Shown piece by piece: positions 53,065 to 64,000 of a DNA stretch of 64,000 nt. The stretch lies in contig OX597820.1 in NCBI GenBank assembly GCA_951406725.2, positions 29,760,001 through 29,824,000 on the forward strand, read 5' to 3'. The notes beneath the pieces were generated by a model that had not been told where the DNA came from, searched no databases, and was given only the letters and a program-made list of their open reading frames with translations. Position 1 is the first letter of the stretch, and the number at the start of each line of letters is the position of its first letter. Source of the stretch: Octopus vulgaris (lineage: Eukaryota). Both the position numbers and the translations under genes were made by a program.

Positions 53065-53325
53065 ATGTGTATGTATATGTATATGTATGTATGCATATAT
53101 TTGTATGTGTGTGGCTGTGTTTGTTTCCCCACCATCAGTTGACAGCTGATGCTGGTTGGTTTAGGACCCCGTAATATATAGATGTTCGGCAAAGGAGACC
53201 GATAGAATAAGTACTAGGCTTACAAAAAATTAGTCCTGGGGGCGATTTCATCGACTAAACTCCTTTAAGGTGGTGCTCCAGCATGGCTGCAGTCAAATGA
53301 CTGAAACTAGTAAAAGAATAAAAGA

Positions 53326-53330
<5 letters not shown>
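52330..53330 (+). mobile_element. SINE family A head and tail separated by inserts including a fold-back element (52836-53005)
   Basis: Head at 52330-52500, tail at 53105-53330; inverted arms GGGGGAAACAAGAAGA..TTTGTATGTTACAAAA / TTTTGTAACATACAAA..TCTTCTTGTTTCCCCC. Confidence 0.65.
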
Positions 53331-53367
<37 letters not shown>

Positions 53368-53388
53368 GTATATATATATGTGTATATA

Positions 53389-53443
<55 letters not shown>

Positions 53444-53479
53444 TGAGAGAGAGAGATAGAGGGAGAGAGAGGGAGAGAG

Positions 53480-53519
53480 AACTGTTACTCAGTTTCGCGT
53501 TCCCGTTCGTCGGACAGTT
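53480..53519 (-). ncRNA. Hammerhead-like motif with CCGACGA core (second copy at 2613-2650)
   Basis: AACTGT-CCGACGA-ACG-GGAA-CGC-GAA-ACTGAGT-A-ACAGTT. Confidence 0.5.
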
Positions 53520-53638
53520 TGTGATGTAAACTCTGAATAACAGTTCTGTGATAATTTTGCAGGTCTAGTAAAAAGCATATTACTCTACCTTTGGTATTCG
53601 AGTACTATTTTTTCCACCTTGTTTTGCACTTATGTGCT

Positions 53639-53671
<33 letters not shown>

Positions 53672-53880
53672 CTGTGTGTTGAGAGAAAGAAAGAGAGAGA
53701 GAGATAGAGAGAGAATGTGTGTGTGTGTATTTATTTACAAACAAGCAAATTACCAAGTTAGAAAATCTCTATCAGAGAAATTCCCCATCAGAGCAGTAAC
53801 TATACTGAGAAGTAATATTTATCGCCACTTTAACATGGCTATTTCGCAGGAACCGACATTACTGTTATTTTTAATCCTAG

Positions 53881-54020
53881 GAAGACGCCTCATCCAGCTC
53901 GTTATTCGATGCAATTTGCACCCGATATATATTGCAAGCAGGGGAGTGAACCCGTACCATCTTCTAGCCACGAGACTACCAGACTGTACGGTTTCGACCT
54001 CTTTGTAGTCATCCGCGATG
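53881..54020 (+). other. Candidate 140-bp exon, gene unidentified
   Basis: TTTTAATCCTAG acceptor and ATG|GTGAGC donor; GC-richer unique sequence; frame KTPHPARYSMQFAPDIYC..LYGFDLFVVIRD is open. Confidence 0.3.
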
Positions 54021-55074
54021 GTGAGCACTCGCTCGCAATGTATAGAAAACTAGCTAATTTGCTTGTTGCAAGATCAATGATTGTGTGTCGCTTGGTTTTC
54101 TAAATATTGCGAGCTGGAGTGAACTACTACTGCTATCTCTAGCGGGCGAGTATGAAATTCTCTCAAGACTAGTTTTAGTTTCGGAGAAATGCCCGCACTT
54201 TGAAATCGCTCTTCTCATTTGAGCTCATTGTTAATTACACATATTATAATTCCATATATAATCTTCCATACCCTCTGCTACTTTCGCTACCTCTAGTGCG
54301 TCTCATTCATTAAGCATTGCATTAACCGCGTTATCCAATCCTTTCTCCCCCACACTCGCACAGGACGTCATCCCTCTGGAATTCATTTCCCGCCCATATT
54401 TTGTCTCGAAGTCACCCATCTACAGATGCTCAAAACGAACATCAATCATTATTGATTTCGAGTCAATCAGAGAGTGTGACCTGCAAGGTCAAGAATACTA
54501 ACCCTTAATCTTCCTCAACTTCCTCTTCAACTTTCTCCTCGTCTTCTTCTTCCTGACTAAGACAAAATATATTCTTGAAGGATGGTTGAGACGTGGTTGG
54601 AGGAAATATAGAAAATGAACAAGAGGAAAGAAACAAATGTAGAAAGGAAGAAAAGAGAGAGTGAAAAATAATAAATAGAAAGAGGAAAAAGAAAAAGAAA
54701 GAGGCAGAAGAAAAAGGAAAAGGAAACAGGAAAAGACGACGGAAAAAGAGAAGAAAGGAACCCCTCCCTTGAACGGGACGAGGTAGTTATATCCAAAATT
54801 CTGTTCGCCAAATTCCGTTGCGTGACTCACGATCCCGAATGAAAAAAGTATGAATATTGAACAATGACTTTGATGGATTCATTTTAATGTTTCATTATCA
54901 AACTCAGACACCATCCTAGCAGACTCATATTCTCATTTCACACTCCCACATCACCTTTTCATCTCAACCCCTTCTAAATTCATTATTCTTTTCTAATAAT
55001 TTTAGTATTTTGCGGAGTGTGTTAGGGGATAATGCTTTTCTGTTCTTGCCCAACTTCGTTTACTGTATAATATA

Positions 55075-55126
<52 letters not shown>

Positions 55127-55147
55127 GAGAGAGAGAGAGAGAGAGAC

Positions 55148-55180
<33 letters not shown>

Positions 55181-55185
55181 GAGAA

Positions 55186-55220
<35 letters not shown>

Positions 55221-55237
55221 TAGACAGACAGATAGGC

Positions 55238-55306
<69 letters not shown>

Positions 55307-55491
55307 CACACACATATATACAAACACTTAATGTATCTCAACAGATTTTCTATAAAATTTAGACTCACTCCTAAAAATATTTGCAATGTCAAGTCCAGGA
55401 ATTAAGAGTCAGCTATTAGAAAAATAAAACCATCATATCATGTACAGACTAGGTAGCTTAATTAAAGAGTTTTCATTATTTCTGATATGGC

Positions 55492-56235
55492 TAAGGCGGT
55501 GAGCTGGCCGAATCGTTAGCACGCTGGACAAAATGCCTAGTGGTATTTCGCCCGTCACTACATCTTGAGTTCAAATTCCGCCGAGGTCGACTTTACCTTT
55601 CATCCTTTCGGGTTCGATAAAACAAGTACCAGTTGAACACTGGAGTCGATGTAATCGACTTACCCCACTCCACCGAAATTGCTGGCCTTATCCTTATCCC
55701 AAAATCTGAAGCGATTATTTCCAACATGGATAAGGTGGCGAGCTGCCAGAATCGTGTTTAGCGGTATTTAGTCCATCTTGGCAGTATTTCGTCCGTATTT
55801 ACGTTCTGAGATAAAATTTCGCCGATTCGACTTTACCTTTTCCGTCTGTCGAGGTCGATAAAATAAGTACCAGGTGAGCACTGAGGTCAATCTGATCGAT
55901 AAGCCTTCCCCCTTCAAAATTTCAGGCTCGTGCCTATAACAGGAAGAGCAGTGAGGTCGATGTGATCGATAAGCCCCCTCCCTTCAAAATTTCAGATTTG
56001 TTCCTATAATATATTTCTTTACTACCCACAAGGGGCTAGACACAGAGGGGACAAACAAGGACAGACAAAGGGATTAAGTCGATTACATTGACCCCAGTGC
56101 GTAACTGGTACTTAATTTATCGACTCCGAAAGGATGAAAGGCAAAGTCGACCTCGGCGGAATTTGAACTCGGAACGTAACGACAGACGAAATACGGCTAC
56201 GTATTTCGCCCGGCGTGCTAACGTTTCTGCCAGAG
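55492..56235. mobile_element. SINE family B cluster (old plus-strand copies, young minus-strand copy 56011-56235)
   Basis: Family B motifs on both strands. Confidence 0.8.
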
Positions 56236-56951
56236 GAAAAATATTCTTTACATTCTGTGATCAAATACCACCTGTGTTAACTTTGCCTTTCACCTTTTAT
56301 TTGTCGATAAAACAAAGTACCAGGCATGCGCGGTGGACCAATGCACTGCCTTCCCTCAAAATTTCTAGCTTTTGAGCCTCAATCAGAAACCGTTATAACG
56401 GCAATAATCTGGTAGAATCCTTAGACTATCGGTAAAATGCTTTGAAGTATTTGTTATTTGTTCCGGTTCTTTACAAATCCTGCCAGCTAACCCTTGGATT
56501 TCACACTTTCTCCCCTTTTCCCACTAACCTCGGGAACGTTCATAAAGGTGTAATAGGTTCTGCCCTTCCTCGTGTGACTAAGCTTTTTTAATAAAATGTG
56601 GAAAATATAATAAAATTATAAAAATTAAAATACATAATATATGATATGAGACTAATTCAATAGATTTGCTGTAGTTTGTATTCTGTAGTTGTTGTTGTTG
56701 CTCTGTGTAGTAAAATTTATTTAATGCCTCAACACAGACAAATCTGATAATTTAGTTGAACTCTCATTAGGATTAAATGGAATTTAAAAAGAAATTTTTA
56801 TAAAGAAATAGAAGTGTATAAAAAAATATTTGTAAAGAATATAACAAATTTAGGAGTATAATCATTACTCACACCGTATTCATTAAGTTATGAAACACAC
56901 ACGTCTGGCATGATGGGGAGGGGGTAGAATTAATTATATTTATGGGAAAAC

Positions 56952-58100
56952 TAAGGCGGCGAGCTGGCTGAAACGTTAGCACACCGGGCGAAATGCTTAA
57001 CGGTATTTCGTCTGCCGCTACGTCCTGAGTTCAAATTCTGCCGAGGTTGACTTTGTCTTTCATCCTTTCGAGGTCGATTAAATAAGTACCAGTTACGCAC
57101 TGGGGTCGATATAATCGACTTAATCCGTTTGTCTGTCCTTGTTTCTCCCCTCTGTGTTTAGCCTCTTGTGGGCAGAAAAGAAATAGGTATTTCGCCTGCC
57201 GCTACGTTCTGAGTTCGAATTCCGCCGAGGTCGACTTTGCCTTTCAGCCTTTCGGGGTCGATAAATTAAGTAGCAGTTACGCACTGGGGTCGATGTAATC
57301 GACTTAATCCGTTTGTCCGTCCTTGTTTGTCTCTTCTGTGTTTAGCCCCTTGTAGGTAGTAAAGAAATAGGTATTTCGTCCGTCTTTATGTTCTCCAAGG
57401 TTGATTTTACCTTTCAACCTTTTGGGAATCGATAAAACAAGTACCAGCTGAGTACTGGGGGTCGATGTAATCGACTTACCTCCCTCACCCGAACTTGCTG
57501 GCGCTGGGCCAAAATTTGAAACCATTATTATTTGCAAAATTGTTAACGCGTCGGACAAAATGCCAAGCGAATTTTATTCTGGCACTTTACGATCTGCGTT
57601 CAAATGCCATCGAGGCTGACTTTGCCATTCATTTTTTCGGGGGTTGATAAAGTAAGTATCAGTCGAGTACTGGGGTCAATGTTACCAACTAGCCCCCTCC
57701 TGCAAAATTTCAGGTATTGTGCCTATTGTAGAACGAAATATTGGCTGACAGAATCGTTAGCGCGTCTGACAAAATGTTAAGCGGCATTTCTTTTGGTTCT
57801 TAACGATCTGCGTTCAAATACCACCGTGGCTGACGTTGCCTTTCGTCCTTTCGGAATTGATAAAATAAAGTACCAGTTGAACACTGGGGTTGATGTAATT
57901 GACTAGCCTTTACCCGCCAATATTTCAGGTAGAAAGGGTTATTAGCAGGTAAACGCGTTAGCGCGTCGAGAAAAATGCTAAGCGGCATTTCTTCCAGTAC
58001 TTTACGTTCTGAGTTCAAACTACGCCGAGGTCGATAAAATAAGTACCAGTTGAGCATGTAATCGACTTACAAATTTGCTGACCTTGTGTCAAAATTTGAA
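56952..58100 (+). mobile_element. SINE family B array and cluster
   Basis: Two young units with restarts at ~57186 and ~57370, followed by several diverged copies. Confidence 0.85.
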
Positions 58101-58186
58101 GCAATTTTTTAAAATTTATGTATTATTTTTGCCTCTTAGCTTTCATTGCTTTGCTTCTGCACTGCAAATGTTCACTGTCAATTATA

Positions 58187-58760
58187 TTGGGTTGTCCGGA
58201 AAGTTCGTGCCGGTTTTTAAAAGAAAGAAAAAGGTCAATAAATACTTGCTATTACCCAAGCTTTACCAGGTGCTCATGAACCACGGATTTTGATAGGTTG
58301 AGGCTTTCTGCCAATTCTTGGGTTGTGCAATGTGGGTCATTCTCAATTAATGATTTGATTTGGTCATCACCTGTAGTGGATGGTCAGCCTGATCGCTCTT
58401 TATCAATAAGGCAACAATCTCCAGCTCGAAACCTTGCGAACCACTTCCGTACAGTTCTTTCGAATAAAGAGACATCACCGTAAACTGCGCATATTTCTTT
58501 GGTTGCTTGTGAAGCATTTTTCCCTTTACGGAAAAAGAAAAGCATCAAGTGCCGAAAATGAACTTTCTTATCTTCCATTTTAAAAGGTTACAGAATTAAC
58601 ACAGGTTATAGAAACATAAACCTTCCTCCACAAAAAGATAGCTTAAACTGTGCTCTAAATGGAGGTGTAGTCAAATCCTGTTTTATGGATTCAAACATAT
58701 TCTAAAATAAGTCGAAAGGTAAGCTACTATAAATCGGCACGAACTTTCCGGATAACCCAA
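58187..58760 (-). mobile_element. Internally deleted mariner (Tc1/mariner) transposon, 574 bp
   Basis: ~30-bp TIRs TTGGGTTGTCCGGAAAGTTCGTGCCGGTTT / AAATCGGCACGAACTTTCCGGATAACCCAA with TA at 58185-86 and 58761-62; ORF MEDKKVHFRHLMLFFFRKGKNASQA..ICAVYG..TVRKWFARFRAGD..ERSG*P (HTH). Catalytic domain is missing. Confidence 0.92.
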
Positions 58761-59359
58761 TATTATGATATACGCAAACTCGTGTATATAATAGTGAGTT
58801 GTTTGTTACATTTACCGATGAAGACTGCATTCAAAAAGTTTTGTTTTTTGTTTTTTTGACGTTTTGGTCATTTTACGATACCGTAATAGTGTTACGTGTA
58901 TTACTAGAGCAACCTGGCTACGGCACAAAGGGCCATAGAATGATCCATACTCGGAATGTCATTAAGGGAGCGTATATGAAACGAGATAATTCCAGAACAG
59001 AGTGGAATGAATTTGACTACGAAGAATTGAAAGTACAAATTCCGCCGCACCGGTATGTCGCATGACTTATAGAGGCAATAGCTGATCTCATGCAGTTGTC
59101 AAGTGTTATCCAAGAGAGTGGAAAAGGTCATTCGGCAGATCTCCAGGACGATGGGAGGACCCAATCCGGGCCCAAGTGGAAGAGAAGCGCGTAATTAAAG
59201 GAAGAATTAAAGCACATTATGACCAGCGATTTATAAGGACATTTGATAGTCTGGTCGAGAAAGGGATAAAGGATTTAACAAAAGGCTAGGGACCAGCCTA
59301 GCTGTCCAAACCAGTGATTATGTCAAATTCTTCCACTTCAGAATACCTGGAATTATCTT

Positions 59360-59600
59360 TCCGTCCATCTATTGATCCATCCCGCTTCTCCACCGGCTAT
59401 TCCTGGAAGGATTGTCAGGATAGAGTCGCCAGGCATTTCCTCCATAGGGTTTTATTTGAAGTAACGGTCGTTACACTTTCCGGCTGGTTTCCTAAGAAGA
59501 TTAACTGAGACTGTAGGTATCATCCAAACATCTGGTTCTTGGTCTATCCCTAGGTCTCTTGCTGGTTGACTCCGCTTGAAGAATCCATCTTGCGCCTCAA
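59360..59600 (-). mobile_element. RTE (Expander/Rex3-like) LINE 3' end
   Basis: ARWILQAESTSKRPRDRPRTRCLDD..LG.QPE....LWRKCL; (GATG)-like tail. Confidence 0.65.
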
Positions 59601-59919
59601 TCAAGTCTGTAGTACCAGAGCTGTGAACTCTCTATTTATTTATTTATTTATTTATTTATTTATTCAGTCATTTATTTATTTATTTATTTCAAGCTGCTGT
59701 CAACTTACTCAGTTATTCAAAAGGAATGTTGACTGCATTGCTCTAACCAATCTCGAAAGGCATCTGAAAAGCAAGGGTGCAGTCTTTCCTTTCTCTCCGG
59801 GTTAACGACCGATCGACTGCGTGGTGACTTCCTTTCTGTTTATTGGGTTATATTCTATCTCTATACTATATCATCCTATATGATACTATACATACATACA
59901 TGCGCGTGTGTGTATATAT

Positions 59920-60395
<476 letters not shown>

Positions 60396-60416
60396 GCGCG
60401 TGCGTGTACGTGTGTG

Positions 60417-60660
60417 AAGGCGCCTAGCTTAGTGGTTAGAGTATTCGGTCACGATCGTGAGTTCAAATCCCGGCGACACGTTGTGTCCTTGAGCAATACA
60501 CTTTATTTCACATTCCTCCAGTTCACTCAGCTAGCAAGTACCTGTATTTCAAAGGGCCAGCTTCTGTGTCACGCTGAATCTCCCTGAGAACTATGTTAAG
60601 GGTACACATGTTTGTGGAGTGCTTAACCACTTGCACATTAATTTCATGAGCAGGTTGTTT
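60417..60660 (+). mobile_element. tRNA-derived SINE (family C-like head, different body)
   Basis: TAGCTTAGTGGTTAG, GAGTTCAAATCCC and TGTGTCCTTGAGCAA motifs. Confidence 0.65.
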
Positions 60661-60729
60661 TAAAGGAATACATTTTGTTATGTTTTTTATTGTTGCTTTC
60701 TTCTTTTCCTTTTCGAAGTTTGGTAGCTC

Positions 60730-61000
60730 TTCTACTGAACTGCTACATTACGGGGATGTGAACAAACCAACATCGGTTGTCAAGCGATGGTGGGGGACAA
60801 ACATAGAGACGAAGACACAGACGCGCACACATATAAATACGATGGGCTTCTTTCGGTTTCCGTCTACCAAATTCACTCATTAGGCTTTGGTCGGCCCGAG
60901 ATTATAGTAGAAGACACACGCCCAAACTTCCATACAGTGGGGCTGAACCCGGCACCATGTGTTTGGGAAGCAAGCTTCTTACCACACAGCCACACTTGCG

Positions 61001-61003
<3 letters not shown>
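60730..61003 (-). mobile_element. SINE family A, older copy
   Basis: Reverse match to the family consensus. Confidence 0.75.
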
Positions 61004-61060
<57 letters not shown>

Positions 61061-61064
61061 CATA

Positions 61065-61690
61065 TACACATACGTATATGTACATACTTACATCTAGAAG
61101 TATATATATATATGCATATGTGGGGACAGGACGTCATGAAACGTGTACAACAAAAATGTACGAAGCACGAGTTTCGAATAACGAAAGACACAAATAGAAA
61201 ACAAAATAAATATAAGGAACAACCCTTCATCAGTTGTTGGCTGTTTTCTAGTCTCGTATTTCGAGCATTTAACAACAATATATGCATTCGATAAAACGGT
61301 TGCTCCCGCAAAGCAAATTAAATAAAATTTTGGATTTTGTTGAGGGTCAAAATAGGTAACACAAACAGGACAGTGAAAACAGACAAGAAGGGCTGCTAAG
61401 TGTAAACGAGGTTGTGATGGCGAACGCGTAAATCAAGCTAGGATAGGAGACAAACAAGAACACGTCTTCCTTGTTCCAGCTACAACGGAGAGAAAGAAAG
61501 ACAGATGGCCAGTGGTCACGTGGGAGCCACGTGAGCAAGGGAGGAGGAGTGAGGGAGAGAGAGTGACAGAGTAATAGGATAGAACAGTGGGAGAAGAGGA
61601 GGTAAAAGAATAAGAGACAGAAAAACGAAAGGGTGAAAAAAGATCGTATAGAGTGCGCATCAACATTATTAAGATAAAACTTACTTGGAA
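61065..61690 (-). mobile_element. Penelope-like pLTR remnant between (TA)n tracts
   Basis: Minus strand CTGATGAAGGG (~61223-61233) and a GTCCTGT..TAGATGTA.GTA.GTACATATA tail shared with 28825-29020. Confidence 0.45.
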
Positions 61691-61793
61691 GAGGATGCGT
61701 AGTTTTCAATCATATAATAATATAATATAATATATATATATATATAGATATGTATATATACATTCGTATATGTACATATATACATATATACAT

Positions 61794-61884
<91 letters not shown>

Positions 61885-62194
61885 GTCCGTTAACAAGAAG
61901 TTTGATTCTTAGCTTTCAGTAAATACACCCGTGACTAAGCGGTACAAGGATAAAAAAATAATGAAATGAAGAAATCACTGAAAGGGTAAAGATACGGATT
62001 TCTGAATGTTCCACCCTACCTCCTCTACGTGCAAACTCCGTCACCAAATCACCACTCCCGGTCTTTTGCAGACTCACAAGTTGTCTGCAGTTCACACCCC
62101 GCTGCAGGCCCCCGCTCACTGTTGCCTTGTGTGTCATCCGAACACGTTTGACTTCTGATTCTTTGTTGGCCTAAAGCTTCATGGCTAATTACTA

Positions 62195-62253
62195 TGACGA
62201 GACGGAGACAGACAGGGAGGGATGGAAGGAGAGAGAGAAAGAGAGAGAGAGAG

Positions 62254-62296
<43 letters not shown>

Positions 62297-63500
62297 GAGA
62301 AGGAGATGAATGGAGAGAGAGGGAGAGGGAGGGAAAGGAAGATGAAGGGAGAGAGAGGGAGACAAGGGGATAGAGAAAAGCAGAGAGAGAGAGAGAAAGA
62401 TACAGAGGCAGGAAAAAAAGAGTGGGAGAGAGAAAGAAAGAAAGAAGAGAGAGAGGGGGAAGAGAGATAGAAAGAGAAGGAGAAGAAGAGAGATAGAGAA
62501 AAAGCAACATGAGAGAGAGAGAGAGAGAGGAGACAAAGTGAGACAGAAAAAGAGAGGGAGACAGATAAAAGAAGAAAGACAGAGACAAGAAAAAGAGAAA
62601 AAAGAGAAAGAAAGAAAAAAAAGAAAGTAAGAAGGCAGGAAGGAAGAATGTAAGAAAGAGAGAGAGAAAGAGGGATAGGGAGAGGGAGAGGGAGAGGGAG
62701 AGAGAGAGAGAGAGAGACAAAGGCAAGACTGAGTGAGGTGATGGTGTTCGGGAGAACAGAAGAAAAGAAATAGGAAAAGAAGAAGAGGAGAGGGAGGAAG
62801 AAGAAGAAGAAGAAGAAGGATGTATAAGATGCAATCAGATTAATTTAATGAGGAAAAGAAAACGTTAACCTACGCTGATGGAAGTGGCAAAAGTGGGGGC
62901 TGTGGAATATAATAGATAAGGTAGAAAGTATAAGGGTTAAAAGAGAGAGGGAGGGAGATGAGGGAATGACGTGAAAAGGAAAGAGGGAAATAAAGAAGGT
63001 ATAGGAAGTGAGGTGGGAGTGAAGTGGAGTGAAGTGGAGTAACGTGAGTACGTTTGTCGAGAAGTGTCAATTGCATTGAATGAGTCAGAGAGAGAGAGAG
63101 AGAGAGAGAGTAAAAGGAGAAAGATGAGAGTTAGAGAGTGAGGATGAAAGGTGGTGAAAGGTGGGGAAAGAGAAGCGGAATGACTGGGGGAAAAGGTAGG
63201 GAGAGAATGAAGGATGTAGCAATATGGGAGAAACAAGGTTATGGTGACGAGAATAGCATGAGTGACAGAGCCAGGCAGCAAGGCAGCCAGGCAGCCAGAC
63301 AGATAGATAGATTGATAGACGGACGGACGGACGGGTAGATTCCCTGAAAGACAGACGGACAGTGTTCTCGGGCAAGGTGACAGACAAGCAAACAGGCGGG
63401 TAGAGTGACAGATTGACAGTCAGACAGACTGACGGGCGGAGTGACAAATAGACAGCCGGGCAGAGTGACCGACCAACCGACAAACCGACAGAGAGTCGGG
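62195..63500. repeat. Purine-rich (GA/GAAA/GACA) low-complexity tract
   Basis: Directly visible strand-asymmetric simple repeats. Confidence 0.9.
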
Positions 63501-63782
63501 CGGGCGGACGCAGACAACAATATCAGTGACATCACTTCATACACTTCATCACTGCTGACTAATCGCAGAAGAAATGTTCTGCTCGTCTCGTACAAATAAA
63601 TGAATAAATAAATCAATGAATAAATAAATAAACCACAAAACTATCAGTGTTTTTTTTCTTCCATCTTATCGTTTAACTTCTCGAGCTATAAAGGGTAAAA
63701 ATCAACGTGAACCAGGATGCTGGCTTGTGATGTATATGTGGTCGTATGTGTATACTTGTGCATGTATATATATATATATCTA

Positions 63783-64000
63783 TCTATATATAAACGGCAG
63801 TTTGTCTGTGCGTGTTTCTGTGTGTCTGTTTGCTTGTACCCTCACCCTGACCACGGCTTTCAACCGATTCTGATGACACTTGACACACACATAGCCCAAT
63901 GTCATAATTCAAAACTAACGCTGTGAAAATTTTGAAAAGTTCCCCCAGTTCTGAAAAGAATTGATAAATTCGACATGGGGTCGAGAATCAGAAACACGAA
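63783..64000 (+). mobile_element. Probable 5' end of a non-autonomous Helitron running off the window
   Basis: A|TCTATATATAAA followed by a GTCTGT/GTGT-rich tract and CAACCGATT, the same architecture as the 5' end of 33167-33605. Confidence 0.55.

Noticed and set aside
58384-58578. SETMAR-like host gene
   Set aside because: Lies between mariner TIRs with a TA TSD, has an in-frame stop, and lacks catalytic and SET domains.

Overview
Repeat-saturated, AT-rich eukaryotic non-coding (intergenic or intronic) DNA. The dense (TA)n/(CA)n/(TAGA)n/(TACA)n/(TAA)n microsatellites and the SINE repertoire suggest an octopus (coleoid cephalopod) genome; this is an inference. No intact protein-coding gene is recognisable, and most ORFs in the track are microsatellite translations. 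Contents: decayed R4/Dong-type and RTE LINE fragments, a decayed Helitron RepHel, non-autonomous Helitron/Helentron elements, an internally deleted mariner, dozens of copies of two abundant tRNA-derived SINE families plus rarer ones, and many Penelope-like pseudo-LTR remnants carrying hammerhead-ribozyme (HHR) motifs. Most notable: (i) a ~535-bp ORF-less tandem/inverted array at 25.65-27.8 kb with a well-formed type I hammerhead in each unit (retrozyme-like); (ii) a TSD-flanked SINE joining a tRNA-like Pol III head to a hammerhead-bearing Penelope-type tail with 5' inversion (443-745); (iii) a SINE that repeatedly restarts at two fixed positions inside its own head, building ~185-bp arrays; (iv) a ~540-bp non-coding element found twice, each time in (TAA)n. 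All calls are by eye and boundaries are approximate unless a TSD/TIR is quoted.
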